From Candidatus Woesearchaeota archaeon (GTDB lineage: Archaea > Nanobdellota > Nanobdellia > SCGC-AAA011-G17 > ARS1403): a DNA stretch of 64,000 nucleotides. Position numbers and translations under genes: made by a program. The stretch lies in the NCBI GenBank assembly GCA_016188065.1, contig JACPIN010000002.1, positions 5,758 to 69,757 of the forward strand. The letters run 5' to 3'. Positions 39,079 to 48,921 of the stretch are shown here, piece by piece; positions within the stretch are counted from its first letter, which is position 1; the number at the start of each line of letters is the position of its first letter. The notes under the pieces are model-generated. The model did no database searches. It saw nothing but the letters and a program-made list of their open reading frames with translations, and was not told the DNA's origin.

Positions 39079-40509
39079 ATGGTAACAAGAAGAACGATTA
39101 AAACAAGAGATGGAAAAATTATTTCTTTTGATACAAGCAGCCAATACACCACAGTCAAAGAAGGAGGGGTAGTTGGTGAAATGCTGGAAATAAAATATTA
39201 TGATGAGCAATCAAGAACTACAAGAAGAGAATACATTGATAAAAGGAATATAGAATCTGATGTTAGCGGAGTTGATAGCTGTTTTATCGCAACAGTTGTA
39301 TACGAAGATGAAAATGCTCCTGAATTTCTGGTCTTGAGAGATTTTAGAGTTAATTCTGAGGAGCAATGGATTAATGAATTTAAAAAACAGGAAATTGTTA
39401 AATCTGCCCAGTTGAATTATGTATATGGGACATTACCGGTTACTAGCTGTCCAGATAATTGTAATTGCGACGAGCTTGGAAATGTTGTCAGCTGTAGTAC
39501 AACAGTAACCCCTGTCAATCCAGTAGCATCAACGCCTTCATCAGGTAGCGCAGGCAGTGGTGGAGGAGGCTCTGGATTTTCTGGAGGGGGATCTGTTGAG
39601 AGAAGAGAGAAGACGGCTGAAGAAGAAAGATATGAGAGTTGCGATTATCCTATAATTACTGCAAATTCATTTGTTTACAATGAGGAAGATAAAATCTATT
39701 TTAAAGTTGCCTGCAATAACGGTGGCTATTTTATTGGTAACAACGTGGAAATTTATTTTATTAACGAGGATTATCTTCCTCCTTCAAATTCAAATGATTT
39801 ATTAAGAGACCATGGAGCAGCTGCTGCAGATCTTGATGATGAATTTTATGATTTATTAGTTAAAATTGATCCTTCTGATCATCCAAAAGTGTTCCAAAGG
39901 AGCGGGGTATACACAACCTATCTATGTGAAGATGATTGCGAAAGAAGATATGCAGGGCCATTTTTTAAATTTTATAAGAGAAATGATTGCCCTTCTAGTT
40001 GCTCTTGTGATGAAAACAGTTTCTACTGCGGATTAAAAGAGACTGAATTCTGTACAGAGCGTGATTGTATCAGAAGTGTTAGGGGCTGTATTTGTTTGCC
40101 ATCTCTTGATGCTGAGTTAGAGAATAGGGCGAAGTTTAATAATGAATTAGGAAATCCCCGCAAAGTTATCTATTATCCAAATCCATCATCTAAAGGTATT
40201 GAGATGCCTGAAGAATCTGAAAATACTTTTGTAACTCCTGCTTCTGGAGAGAATTTTGCCAAGAAATGCTTTGGCTGTTTGCTAGGAGAAAGCTGTGTTC
40301 CTATTGGTACTCGCAATAAAGAGGAGTTTTGTAATTTTGAATATCACTGGGTTTCTCAGAAACAAAATGAAATTAGTTGTGACAACAATTATGAATGTGC
40401 ATCTAATTTTTGCAGTAATGGGTTGTGTTATGATATCTCAGCAGAGTTAAAAGAAACAAGAAGCATACTCGAAACTATCCTTCAATGGATTAAAGATATT
40501 TTTTCTTAA
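39079..40509 (+). CDS. Cys-rich protein with an internal CFI-box-like motif
   Basis: CFIATVVYEDENAPEFLVLRDFR; CPxxCxCD repeats; CDNNYECASNFCSNGLC. Confidence 0.6.
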   Translation: MVTRRTIKTRDGKIISFDTSSQYTTVKEGGVVGEMLEIKYYDEQSRTTRREYIDKRNIESDVSGVDSCFIATVVYEDENAPEFLVLRDFRVNSEEQWINEFKKQEIVKSAQLNYVYGTLPVTSCPDNCNCDELGNVVSCSTTVTPVNPVASTPSSGSAGSGGGGSGFSGGGSVERREKTAEEERYESCDYPIITANSFVYNEEDKIYFKVACNNGGYFIGNNVEIYFINEDYLPPSNSNDLLRDHGAAAADLDDEFYDLLVKIDPSDHPKVFQRSGVYTTYLCEDDCERRYAGPFFKFYKRNDCPSSCSCDENSFYCGLKETEFCTERDCIRSVRGCICLPSLDAELENRAKFNNELGNPRKVIYYPNPSSKGIEMPEESENTFVTPASGENFAKKCFGCLLGESCVPIGTRNKEEFCNFEYHWVSQKQNEISCDNNYECASNFCSNGLCYDISAELKETRSILETILQWIKDIFS

Positions 40510-40514
40510 AATAA

Positions 40515-42416
40515 TTATCTTATCCTGACCGCTTCCAAATTCTTCGGAGCAACAGTTTCTATTTTGTTTAATTTGTGCAGGCTGGAAGCTAAATCCAAGC
40601 AACGCGAAGATTCCCCATGCACAACTATTATTTTTTTCGGCCTTGGATCTAAATTGTATACAAACCTCGTCAATTCATTCCTTGAAGAATGCCCAGACAG
40701 GCCTTCAATTGTATAGACTTCCATCTTGACTTCAACGTTTTCTCTTTTTCCATTTGATTCCATCACAAATGTCCTCTCCCCCGATTGCACTCTCCTTCCC
40801 ATGCTCCCCTCTCCTTGATATGAGACGAACACCAGGGAATTTCTTGGATTGTCAGCAAGCTCTCTGAAGTATTCAACAGATGCCCCTCCTTGAAGCATTC
40901 CAGAAGTAGCCAATATAATGCAGGATCCAGTTTCTTCTATTATCTGCTGCCTTTCTTTTGCAGATGCAACTTGCTTGAATATGGGAGATAAAAATGGATT
41001 GCTGTCATGATGGTATATTGCTTTCTTAACTTGGTTATTCAGGAAATCCGGATATGCAGTATGTATTGCAGTTACATCCCATACCATCCCCTGCACAAAA
41101 ACAGGGACTTCAGGAATGATCTTTTTCCTGACTAGCTCCTCGACAATAAGCATCATTTCTTGCGCCCTTCCAACCCCAAGCACTGGGATCAGCACTTTTC
41201 CCTTTCTTTCAACTGTGTTTTTGATTATCTCAACTAATTGTTTTTCACACTCTTCTCTTGTAGGCTGCACATTATCCTTGCCACCATAAGTTGATTCAAG
41301 AGTCATTGTTTCCAGTCTCGGAAACTTTGTTACAGCCGCTTCAAGTAACTTAGTTCTTGCATATTTTGTATCGCCGGAATAAAGAAAATTATGCAAACCA
41401 TTGCCAATATGCAGATGCACCATCGCGCTTCCCAATGTATGCCCGGCATTATAAAAAGTAATTCTAATATCGGGAGTTATATCACATACCTCTTCATAGT
41501 CGAGCCAAATAGAATGCTTAACCATCTCCTTGACATCTGCTGCAGTATAAAGTGCTTTCTTCGCTTCTTTGAATGTAACTCCGATGTAATCCAAGGATAG
41601 CAAGGCAGCTATATCTCTAGTTGGAAGTGTCCAGTAAACAGGACCTCGATATCCCATCTTAAACAATAAAGGAACTAAGCCGCAATGGTCAAGATGAGGA
41701 TGGGAAATTATAACCGCATCTAGTGCATTTATATTAAACTCAGGGCTTTCAAAATAAGGATAAGCATCTTTTCCAGAGGCAGCTATATTCACTCCGCAGT
41801 CCAGCAAAACCCTTGACTCAGGAGTTTGCAAATAAAGACAAGATCTTCCAACCTGCCTGGCCCCTCCCAAAAAAGAAACTCTGATCCATTCCTCCCTTTT
41901 CTCGCTCACCCAGTTGGCATAAATTCTTTCTCCAACTTTATGAAGAAAGTTTCTCCTATAGTCATTGTTCTCATACAAAACTTTCCTTATGTTTTCAATC
42001 ATCACAGATCTTATTGCAGGTATTCTTTTCACCAACGGCGTCCATAAAGTCTTGTGCTTAATCTCTCTCAAAACTTCCCCTGCCTTTCCTATTACTAGCC
42101 CAGGCTTCTCAGCTTCAATAACCACCTGCGATCTTTGAGGATCAAAAAGGATGTTTACATTTCCAGCCTCTTCTCCAGCCAGGATTTTCAAAATTTCTTC
42201 CTGAGCTTTTTCCTGATCCAATGTCATGGAGGGGTCTATTCTTACTTCTATTCTTTTCTTGATCTTATTCACTATCTCTTTTATCACTCCATTATTATCC
42301 AAGAAGAACTCCCTATTTTTAGTATACAGGACTATATTTGCACCTTCAAACAGAGCAAGTGAAATCTCAACCTTTTCCGGAATATCTTTAAGTATCTCTT
42401 TTAATATTTCTGCCAT
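40515..42416 (-). CDS. fttA: beta-CASP ribonuclease aCPSF1 (FttA)
   Basis: N-terminal KH domains, HPHLDH, AGHTLG, SGHS. Confidence 0.95.
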   Translation of the reverse strand: MAEILKEILKDIPEKVEISLALFEGANIVLYTKNREFFLDNNGVIKEIVNKIKKRIEVRIDPSMTLDQEKAQEEILKILAGEEAGNVNILFDPQRSQVVIEAEKPGLVIGKAGEVLREIKHKTLWTPLVKRIPAIRSVMIENIRKVLYENNDYRRNFLHKVGERIYANWVSEKREEWIRVSFLGGARQVGRSCLYLQTPESRVLLDCGVNIAASGKDAYPYFESPEFNINALDAVIISHPHLDHCGLVPLLFKMGYRGPVYWTLPTRDIAALLSLDYIGVTFKEAKKALYTAADVKEMVKHSIWLDYEEVCDITPDIRITFYNAGHTLGSAMVHLHIGNGLHNFLYSGDTKYARTKLLEAAVTKFPRLETMTLESTYGGKDNVQPTREECEKQLVEIIKNTVERKGKVLIPVLGVGRAQEMMLIVEELVRKKIIPEVPVFVQGMVWDVTAIHTAYPDFLNNQVKKAIYHHDSNPFLSPIFKQVASAKERQQIIEETGSCIILATSGMLQGGASVEYFRELADNPRNSLVFVSYQGEGSMGRRVQSGERTFVMESNGKRENVEVKMEVYTIEGLSGHSSRNELTRFVYNLDPRPKKIIVVHGESSRCLDLASSLHKLNKIETVAPKNLEAVRIR

Positions 42417-42450
42417 TTTCTATATCTATAAAGAAGCATTTAGACCACTA

Positions 42451-43095
42451 TCAGATTGTAATTTTATTCTGTATCTCTTTTGTAAGAACAGTTTTTATCC
42501 CTTGGTTTGTAATCGCAATCACATCAATCCCGTCGCCGGAGTTCATATCTCTCTGGATAGCTGCATTTATGCCTTTAACTACTAATTTAACCCCCTCTTC
42601 AATGCTAATATTTTCACTGTATAAAGTCTCAAGGACGCCATATGCCATGACGCTTCCTGATCCAGAAGACAAGAAATCCTTGCATTCAGACAAGCTGCCG
42701 TCAGGATAAACATCATATATATGAAACCCTTTGCTGTCTTTTCCAGCAAGAATGAAATGTGAAATACCTGGGATCATTGAAGGCCTTCTTATATTTTGGT
42801 AAACAATGCCGGAAAGCAGGTTAGCTGCTTCTTTAACTGTAACTTGTTTGCCTTTCCTAATCTCCATCAGCCTTAGCTCTGCTGAAATAAGCTTTGTGAT
42901 AAGCTGTGCGTCTGAGGCAGTCCCAGCCATTGTCAAGGCTATAAAGTCAGTTATTTTATAGACTTTTTGCGCTCTCTTGTCTACAATTATCCCAGCACCA
43001 GCCCTTTTATCAGCAGCCAGCACAATCCCGTCTTTGCACTTAACGCCTATCGTTGTAGTGCCTGTCTTCATGTAATTTTCTTCCATTTCGATCAC
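42451..43095 (-). CDS. psmB: proteasome beta subunit
   Basis: KTGTTTIG, AADKR, GSGS; synteny with aCPSF1. Confidence 0.95.
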   Translation of the reverse strand: MIEMEENYMKTGTTTIGVKCKDGIVLAADKRAGAGIIVDKRAQKVYKITDFIALTMAGTASDAQLITKLISAELRLMEIRKGKQVTVKEAANLLSGIVYQNIRRPSMIPGISHFILAGKDSKGFHIYDVYPDGSLSECKDFLSSGSGSVMAYGVLETLYSENISIEEGVKLVVKGINAAIQRDMNSGDGIDVIAITNQGIKTVLTKEIQNKITI

Positions 43096-43277
43096 AGAAA
43101 CCTATCATTTTAGAATGCTCAAGGTATTTATAAATTTTATGGATAAGGTTTAAATATAAGTTATACCAATTCCAAATATCTATTTTTTATTGTCTCTGAT
43201 TTCCATGAAGAGATGGGTTCTGGAAGGTTTTAGTCACCTCTTTCCTTTCAGAATCCTTTTGTGATTTTTATTTAACC

Positions 43278-43366
43278 GCTTCGCTGATAAGACACCTGCG
43301 GTTTCTTATGAAAACTTCCCCTCTTCCTTTTTCTTTCAGAAAGAAAAATCAAGTCCAAAAAGAAAC
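43278..43366 (+). repeat. structured intergenic repeat, copy C
   Basis: GCTTCGCT, ATAAGA/TCTTAT hairpin, TTTTTCTTT/AAAGAAAAA hairpin, GTCCAAAA. Confidence 0.65.
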
Positions 43367-43559
43367 ATTTTAGGCTTCACTTATTTTATAAAAAAGAAAA
43401 GTACTGCTTGGAAATTAGGATAATATTATTAAAAAACAACGAGTTTCTAACGAAAGAAGCTAATAGTGATTAGCTTTAAGAAAAGTATATGAATAGTATT
43501 ACATTTAAATATCATGAAGGGAGTTAGATTTTTAAATAATTCAATATACCTATTTTTAA

Positions 43560-43716
43560 ATGAAGCTTCCAAAGGTGGTTGAAGGAAAAGACATTATCAA
43601 GATTCTTGTTGAAAATAAATATTACTGTTGTTTTGCCATTAACCACAATCACCACAATCGGTGTTTATAAGAAAATTTCTAGGAAAACTGGAATTCCTGT
43701 TGAAGAATTTTTATAG
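43560..43716 (+). pseudogene. HicA-like toxin remnant
   Basis: MKLPKVVEGKDIIKIL in one frame and ...IGVYKKISRKTGIPVEEFL in another; central GSH region missing. Confidence 0.6.
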
Positions 43717-43959
43717 AAAGACTTTGGTTACCATTGGCATTTCAAATTTTTCTTCGCTTGTTTGCGTAAGCTCTTTTCTCTCTTGGGGAAAACTTTCTAG
43801 ATGAAATTTTGCCCCCTCGATAAAATTACCAATAGCTTCATCAATAGTTTTTCCTTCAACAAAAACATTTATATCAGGGCTAGTTGCTATAAAGACGTCA
43901 CACCCATTTGAAACTTTTTCTCTTTCAATTACAATATTTAAACCAATTTCCATTGACAT
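43711..43959 (-). CDS. hicB: HicB-family antitoxin
   Basis: FIATSPDINVFVEGKTIDEAIGNFIEG. Confidence 0.8.
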   Translation of the reverse strand: MSMEIGLNIVIEREKVSNGCDVFIATSPDINVFVEGKTIDEAIGNFIEGAKFHLESFPQERKELTQTSEEKFEMPMVTKVFL

Positions 43960-44009
43960 AATTACATCTAATATATTACATTTTTTAAATGTTTGCTTTC
44001 ACTTCCACA

Positions 44010-44054
44010 ACGATTTCCAAGAAAGGAAGGCAGATGGAAAGCGCAGGTGTCCAT
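44010..44054 (-). repeat. structured intergenic repeat, copy D (partial)
   Basis: Reverse complement ATGGACACCTGCGCTTTCCATCTGCCTTCC resembles copies B and C. Confidence 0.6.
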
Positions 44055-44084
44055 AATTGTCAAATTCTTTTTTCTTTTCACATT

Positions 44085-45302
44085 TCACAGGATCTTTATC
44101 TCTCTTACTTTCTCCCTAATGTACATATCTTTTTCAACTAATTCTTTCAAAAAATGATTAACATTGGTATGCATTCTTTTCAATTCAACATAAACCCTGA
44201 ACCCGTCGTTTTTAATTTTATAATGTGAATATTTTTTCCTGAATTCTTCCAAGTGTTTGTTTTCTTTCACAGGAGGGCCATAATGCTTTTTTTCCTGAGG
44301 CAAGTTTTTATTTTTTACAAAGTACCAGAAGTAAGCTTCTTTATCATCCCAATGCCAGTCATGCTCTATAACTTCATAGCCTTCTTCTTTTAATTTTCTA
44401 TGGATATATTCCATGCACTTTATTAATTTAGCTCCGACAATGTCTTCCTTACCCTTCAATGGAATTATTCTTAAGATAGATGCGGATTTTATTCTCTCTA
44501 AATCAAATTTCTTCTGCTTGAAAAATTCTGGAGATGGGTTGTGCAGAAAATCTCTTGCAAGCTTCACAAACTCATCAAATTTTTTTTCGGATAAGGCAGC
44601 AGCTGTATTTCTATCCGGCTGCACTGGATCAATAACAATAATCGGAGAAAGTTTTGATTTATTTAATTTTTCAACTCCATGAGCTTTAACATCAATTCTA
44701 ATTCCGGGTTTCCAGCGAGAAGCAGCTTTCATCAGATTTTCAAATGAATTATGGGCAATTATCAGTATTTCAAGAGTGTAGCCTGAAAATCCTCTAATGT
44801 AAGATTCAGCTCCGTAAAGCTTGTTGGCCTTGCAGAAAGCTTTTGCTAATCTTATCTCATCAGCAAGATGCTGGTATTTTTTTACGAATTCTGTATGAAG
44901 AGGGGAAATATCGGTTATATTCTCAGCATCGCCTGTTTTTCTTATCTTCAAGATGGGAATGGCTTCAAATGTAAAAGGATCCTGCCTTATCTGAAAATAA
45001 TCGCGAGAGCCGTGAATTTTATGCAGTCCAGTTATTTTTGACGTAGACTTAAAAACCAATTTTAATTTTGTATGCAGAATCTCGGAGATGTCTTTATTTT
45101 TGTATTTTTCTTTTTCAAACTGCACGAATATGTCTATATCATAATCGCCTTTTAGAAAAGTATCTTTCGCTACAGAGCCTCCCACAATGGCTTTTGCATT
45201 TTTTAATTCGCTGTTCAATTTTTTTATGAAATGCTCTGCTGCTTTCTTTAAAACATTTGATTCTTCTTTGCCTGGAACTATTTCATTTAACACCGATTGC
45301 AT
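44085..45302 (-). CDS. cca: CCA-adding enzyme (archaeal class I)
   Basis: GGSVAKDTFLKGDYDIDIF, YGAESYIRGFSGY, DPVQPDRNTAAAL. Confidence 0.93.
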   Translation of the reverse strand: MQSVLNEIVPGKEESNVLKKAAEHFIKKLNSELKNAKAIVGGSVAKDTFLKGDYDIDIFVQFEKEKYKNKDISEILHTKLKLVFKSTSKITGLHKIHGSRDYFQIRQDPFTFEAIPILKIRKTGDAENITDISPLHTEFVKKYQHLADEIRLAKAFCKANKLYGAESYIRGFSGYTLEILIIAHNSFENLMKAASRWKPGIRIDVKAHGVEKLNKSKLSPIIVIDPVQPDRNTAAALSEKKFDEFVKLARDFLHNPSPEFFKQKKFDLERIKSASILRIIPLKGKEDIVGAKLIKCMEYIHRKLKEEGYEVIEHDWHWDDKEAYFWYFVKNKNLPQEKKHYGPPVKENKHLEEFRKKYSHYKIKNDGFRVYVELKRMHTNVNHFLKELVEKDMYIREKVREIKIL

Positions 45303-45427
45303 ATTCTTTTAAAGTTTTTTTCTTTAAAATAGTTTATGCTATTGCAACCATGATAAATAAAACAGATTGTTACTTTATAGTAAGTAATATAATAAGGTTT
45401 ATAAACTGAAAAAAAGGTGTTTTTAAC

Positions 45428-46905
45428 ATGTCACTTTTAGAAGATAGGTTGCTGAGGATCTTAGAATTAAGAAGGCTGGGAAAAGATGAGCAAGACATAG
45501 CTTTTGCTTTAGATTTATCCACTGAGATTATAAAAGATTATGAAGCTGGAGTTTATGAAGAGATAAGAAAAAATCCCCATAACAGCACAGCATTATTAGC
45601 AGAAAATTTAGGGCTTTCTACTTTGGTTGTTGAGCTGTATAAGAATTATCTTGCTTCGAATATCCAGGGAACACATAAAAAATATTTGGATGAAAAAAGG
45701 TTAGAAGGAAAAGAGGGCCAGCTTGAAACTATTAACCCCTTGATAGGAAAAGAAAAAAGCAGGTTAAACCTTAGAAGAGGCAGACCCCCTATTGGCAATT
45801 TAAATCCCTTGCCGATAGGCTTGAATTAGAACTTCCAGACTTCAGAAAGTTAAAAATCCAGAAAGATATACAAGAGATTAACCAAGCCTTAGATTATGGA
45901 TTTAGTAGGTTAAATGAACTATCCGAAGTCACTGGAATACCCTACCAAGACATATGCTCATATAAAAAAAGGGGATTAATTAAACTACCAAAAGAAAAAA
46001 CAAGCACCAAACCTACAAAAAGATTCAGACACGGAAAGGTAGCGGAACATAAAGATTTAGTTGACAAGATGATTGCAGAAGGAAATTCACAATTTGATAT
46101 TGCAAGGAAAATTCAAGAAATTTCTGGGCAAAGGATTCATAGACAGTTGGTTGGGCAATACATTAAAGGAACCAAGCGACATGAGAAGTGGAATAGGAAA
46201 AAAAGATTAGAACCAAAGATAATAGAAGCTAATGAAAAAGTTGTTGAACAGGATTTAGTCAATACACTCTATAATGTAACAATTAAAAGAGCTGAAGAAA
46301 AAGGATATGGAGAAGCTATCCGGTACTATGTAGATAAAGGGAACCGTGTAGGTCAATTAAAAAAATTAGTTAAACTTGTTAGGACATATAAAAACGCTCG
46401 GGATAAAGGCAAGAGATTAAGCTATCAAAGACTTGCAGACCGCTCTGGATTCAAAAGCGCAAACGATGTAATAGATTATCTAAAAAACATGAATTTTCAA
46501 TCTCTTTGCTGGACAAAGAATTACTTAACCCCACCTGAGAAAAATACGATTAAAAAAATATCAAAGTTAGGACTCAATTCAACGGATATTGGTTATTTTC
46601 TAGATAGAAAACCAGTTACAATATATTTTAATCTTAAAAGGTTAGGAAAAAATTCAAAAAAAAGAGGAATGTCAGAACTAAGGCACGAGAAGGGACATTA
46701 TAACCTATCCTATAGAGAAGCCTCACAAATCTATGGATTCACAGATGAGATGAATACAACTCCTGAAGAAATTGCTCAGGCACTAAACAAGCCTATTGAA
46801 ATTGTCGAAACTGCGTTAAATTACAGGAAAAATATTGAGCCAAAATTAACAATGGCTCTGAAGATTTTATTTCCAAAAGAAAGAATTAATAAGCCTTACA
46901 GATAG
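45428..46905 (+). CDS. multi-HTH hypothetical protein, apparently one gene with a -1 frameshift near 45790-45810
   Basis: Frame of ORF 46069-46905 stays open back to ~45775, overlapping the end of ORF 45428-45829. Confidence 0.5.
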
Positions 46906-46907
46906 AT

Positions 46908-47170
46908 TTAATCATAAACTCTGGGTCTTTTATCAATTTTTGTAATCAAGATAACTTTCTCATGATCTTTAATTTTGTACAAAGCCCGATAATCTCCAAT
47001 TCTATAACGAAAAATCTTTTCTCCTGACTCGTCTCTTCCAATAAACTTAGCATCAGAAGGAACTGGCTCGCCCATTAACATTTCTATTCTTTTAAAAATC
47101 CTTACAAGAATATGCTTGTCAAGCCCTTCAAAAACTTCCTTGCATTATCAGAATATTCAATAGAATACAT
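46908..47170 (-). pseudogene. relE: RelE/ParE toxin, frameshifted
   Basis: MYSIEYSDNARKFLK, then 1-nt shift to LDKHILVRIF...FRYRIGDYRALY...KRPRVYD. Confidence 0.8.
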
Positions 47171-47370
47171 CACAAACCTAACTCTTTTTTTAGCTTAGTG
47201 TGAGGGATGGTCTTTCTCTCTTTAAATTCTCTTTCTGCTTGCTTTAAAGACTCTGCATCATCTTCGGTTAAAGTAATATCTTCAATATGCTCTCTAATAA
47301 AACTCATATCTGCCTGAAGCTTTGCTAATCTAAGCATTATATCTTTTGCATTTATTAGTGCCGTTTCCAT
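47170..47370 (-). CDS. antitoxin partner of RelE
   Basis: LTEDDAESLKQAEREFKERKTIPHTKLKKELGL. Confidence 0.75.
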   Translation of the reverse strand: METALINAKDIMLRLAKLQADMSFIREHIEDITLTEDDAESLKQAEREFKERKTIPHTKLKKELGL

Positions 47371-47415
47371 AAAATAAAATGAAGCAAATAACTTATATAA
47401 ATCTTTTGTTGAATA

Positions 47416-47799
47416 TCAAATACAATAATTATCTTCCAAGAATTCAGCCATATCTATATTATCCGCTGCCCTGTAAGCCTCTGCAGCAAGCTTATGGTTC
47501 AGTGCTTTCATGCATAACACTGCAACATTATTTAGCCTTTCTTTGTCTTTTGTCGGAATGAAGCATAATGCAGCCAGCTCAGCTTTATTCTGCATCAAAA
47601 GTTCATCTCCCATCTCCTTTAGCTTATCAAAATTACTTGTTTTCTCAAGGATAGTTACAGCCTCAGGAACTTTGTTAAGTTTGTATAGTTTTTCGCCTAC
47701 AAAATTCCAGATCTGATTTTCTTTGCTAATATCAAGCATGGACAAGTCTACTGAGTTTATCCCTTCTTTAAGGATTTTTGCAACAATTGGATGCTCCAT
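47416..47799 (-). CDS. helical-repeat hypothetical protein
   Basis: 127 aa, TPR/clathrin-like pattern. Confidence 0.55.
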   Translation of the reverse strand: MEHPIVAKILKEGINSVDLSMLDISKENQIWNFVGEKLYKLNKVPEAVTILEKTSNFDKLKEMGDELLMQNKAELAALCFIPTKDKERLNNVAVLCMKALNHKLAAEAYRAADNIDMAEFLEDNYCI

Positions 47800-47851
47800 T
47801 CAATTATGTAAAACAATAATATTAAAAAAGATTTGTATAGGAGAATAAAAA

Positions 47852-48217
47852 CTAAGCAATCATTGGCTTAACTAATTCCCTAGCCTTCTGATTAGTTATA
47901 TCCCAATAAAATTGAACAAATCTCTCGACTAAAGGATTATTCCTGTTTAATTTGTACATTTTATTTCTTCCGCTAATTCTTGTTTCAATTACAATCTTTC
48001 TCTTCTCTAAACCCTTAATTAATATCTTTAAAGTTGAATATCCAACTCCAGAATTTTCAGCGATATCTGCTATAGAATAATCAAAATCACTAAATACAGT
48101 AAGGAAATCTAAAACTTTGTTAATAGGACCATCTCCAAAAGTTTTCAAAAATACAGATTTGCTTATCATATTAGCTAAACCCCCATTAGCTTTAGAAATC
48201 ACTCCCTTTTCATTCAT
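47852..48217 (-). CDS. wHTH transcriptional regulator
   Basis: DYSIADIAENSGVGYSTL...RISGRNKMYKLN. Confidence 0.8.
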   Translation of the reverse strand: MNEKGVISKANGGLANMISKSVFLKTFGDGPINKVLDFLTVFSDFDYSIADIAENSGVGYSTLKILIKGLEKRKIVIETRISGRNKMYKLNRNNPLVERFVQFYWDITNQKARELVKPMIA

Positions 48218-48450
48218 ATCCTATACACCCCTTAAATGCAATTGAAATCACCCTCTTTGGATTACCATCATTAAAACATAACCAATATATAAGCCTTTCG
48301 TCAAATGACTATATAGATTATTTAATAGCCCATATAGGCTATGATTATAGAAAGATATATAAATAATAATTAATCCAAACTGTCTTAGAGAAGCCCTTTC
48401 TTTTTAAGGGGTGATGAAAAATAGAATTAAACAACATTGAAATAGCTGTT

Positions 48451-48681
48451 TTGAAGGTAATGCATTCAAGACTTGTGTATGGAAGACATCATAAACATCT
48501 TGATACAATTGTAAGATCTGGATTTCCATCGCATCTTCGCGGAGAAGTAAAAGATGCAATATTTTCATTAATAAAGAAAGGCTTTATTCTATGGTATCAT
48601 AAAGCAGATGAATCAATTCAATTGAACAAAGAGAGATACAAAGAAATTGAGCAACTAGTTAAAGGTACGAATAATGGATAA
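48451..48681 (+). CDS. small hypothetical protein (5' end possibly frameshifted near 48414-48420)
   Basis: Frame open from 48418; upstream ATG 48414 is one base out of frame. Confidence 0.45.
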   Translation: MKVMHSRLVYGRHHKHLDTIVRSGFPSHLRGEVKDAIFSLIKKGFILWYHKADESIQLNKERYKEIEQLVKGTNNG

Positions 48682-48742
48682 GCTTCGTTTTGGAACAGCT
48701 GGAAAACCAACAACAAATGGGGACACTGCCAAGGCATTAAAA
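48674..48742 (+). pseudogene. remnant of the nfo 5' end
   Basis: MDKLRFGTAGKPTTNGDT versus MKKIDRLRFGTAGIPVSSKGDT at 50115. Confidence 0.7.
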
Positions 48743-48786
48743 ACAAAAATTTTATATATTAGTAATTATTACTAAATGTTACTAAA

Positions 48787-48921
48787 ATGTCCGAATTGAA
48801 AACTATAAAAATAAGAGTGGAAATTCATAGTAAATTAATGAAATTGGGTAAGAAAGGAGAGAGTTTTTCAGATATAATTGATAGGTTAATTGAGGGATAT
48901 AAAGAAGATGAAGGAAATTAA
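48787..48921 (+). CDS. small RHH/VapB-like DNA-binding protein (44 aa)
   Basis: Not in ORF track; MSELKTIKIRVEIHSKLMKLGKKGESFSDIIDRLIE. Confidence 0.7.
   Translation: MSELKTIKIRVEIHSKLMKLGKKGESFSDIIDRLIEGYKEDEGN

Noticed and set aside
43215-43258. Hairpin upstream of psmB as an ncRNA
   Set aside because: Single imperfect stem with no second copy or recognisable family
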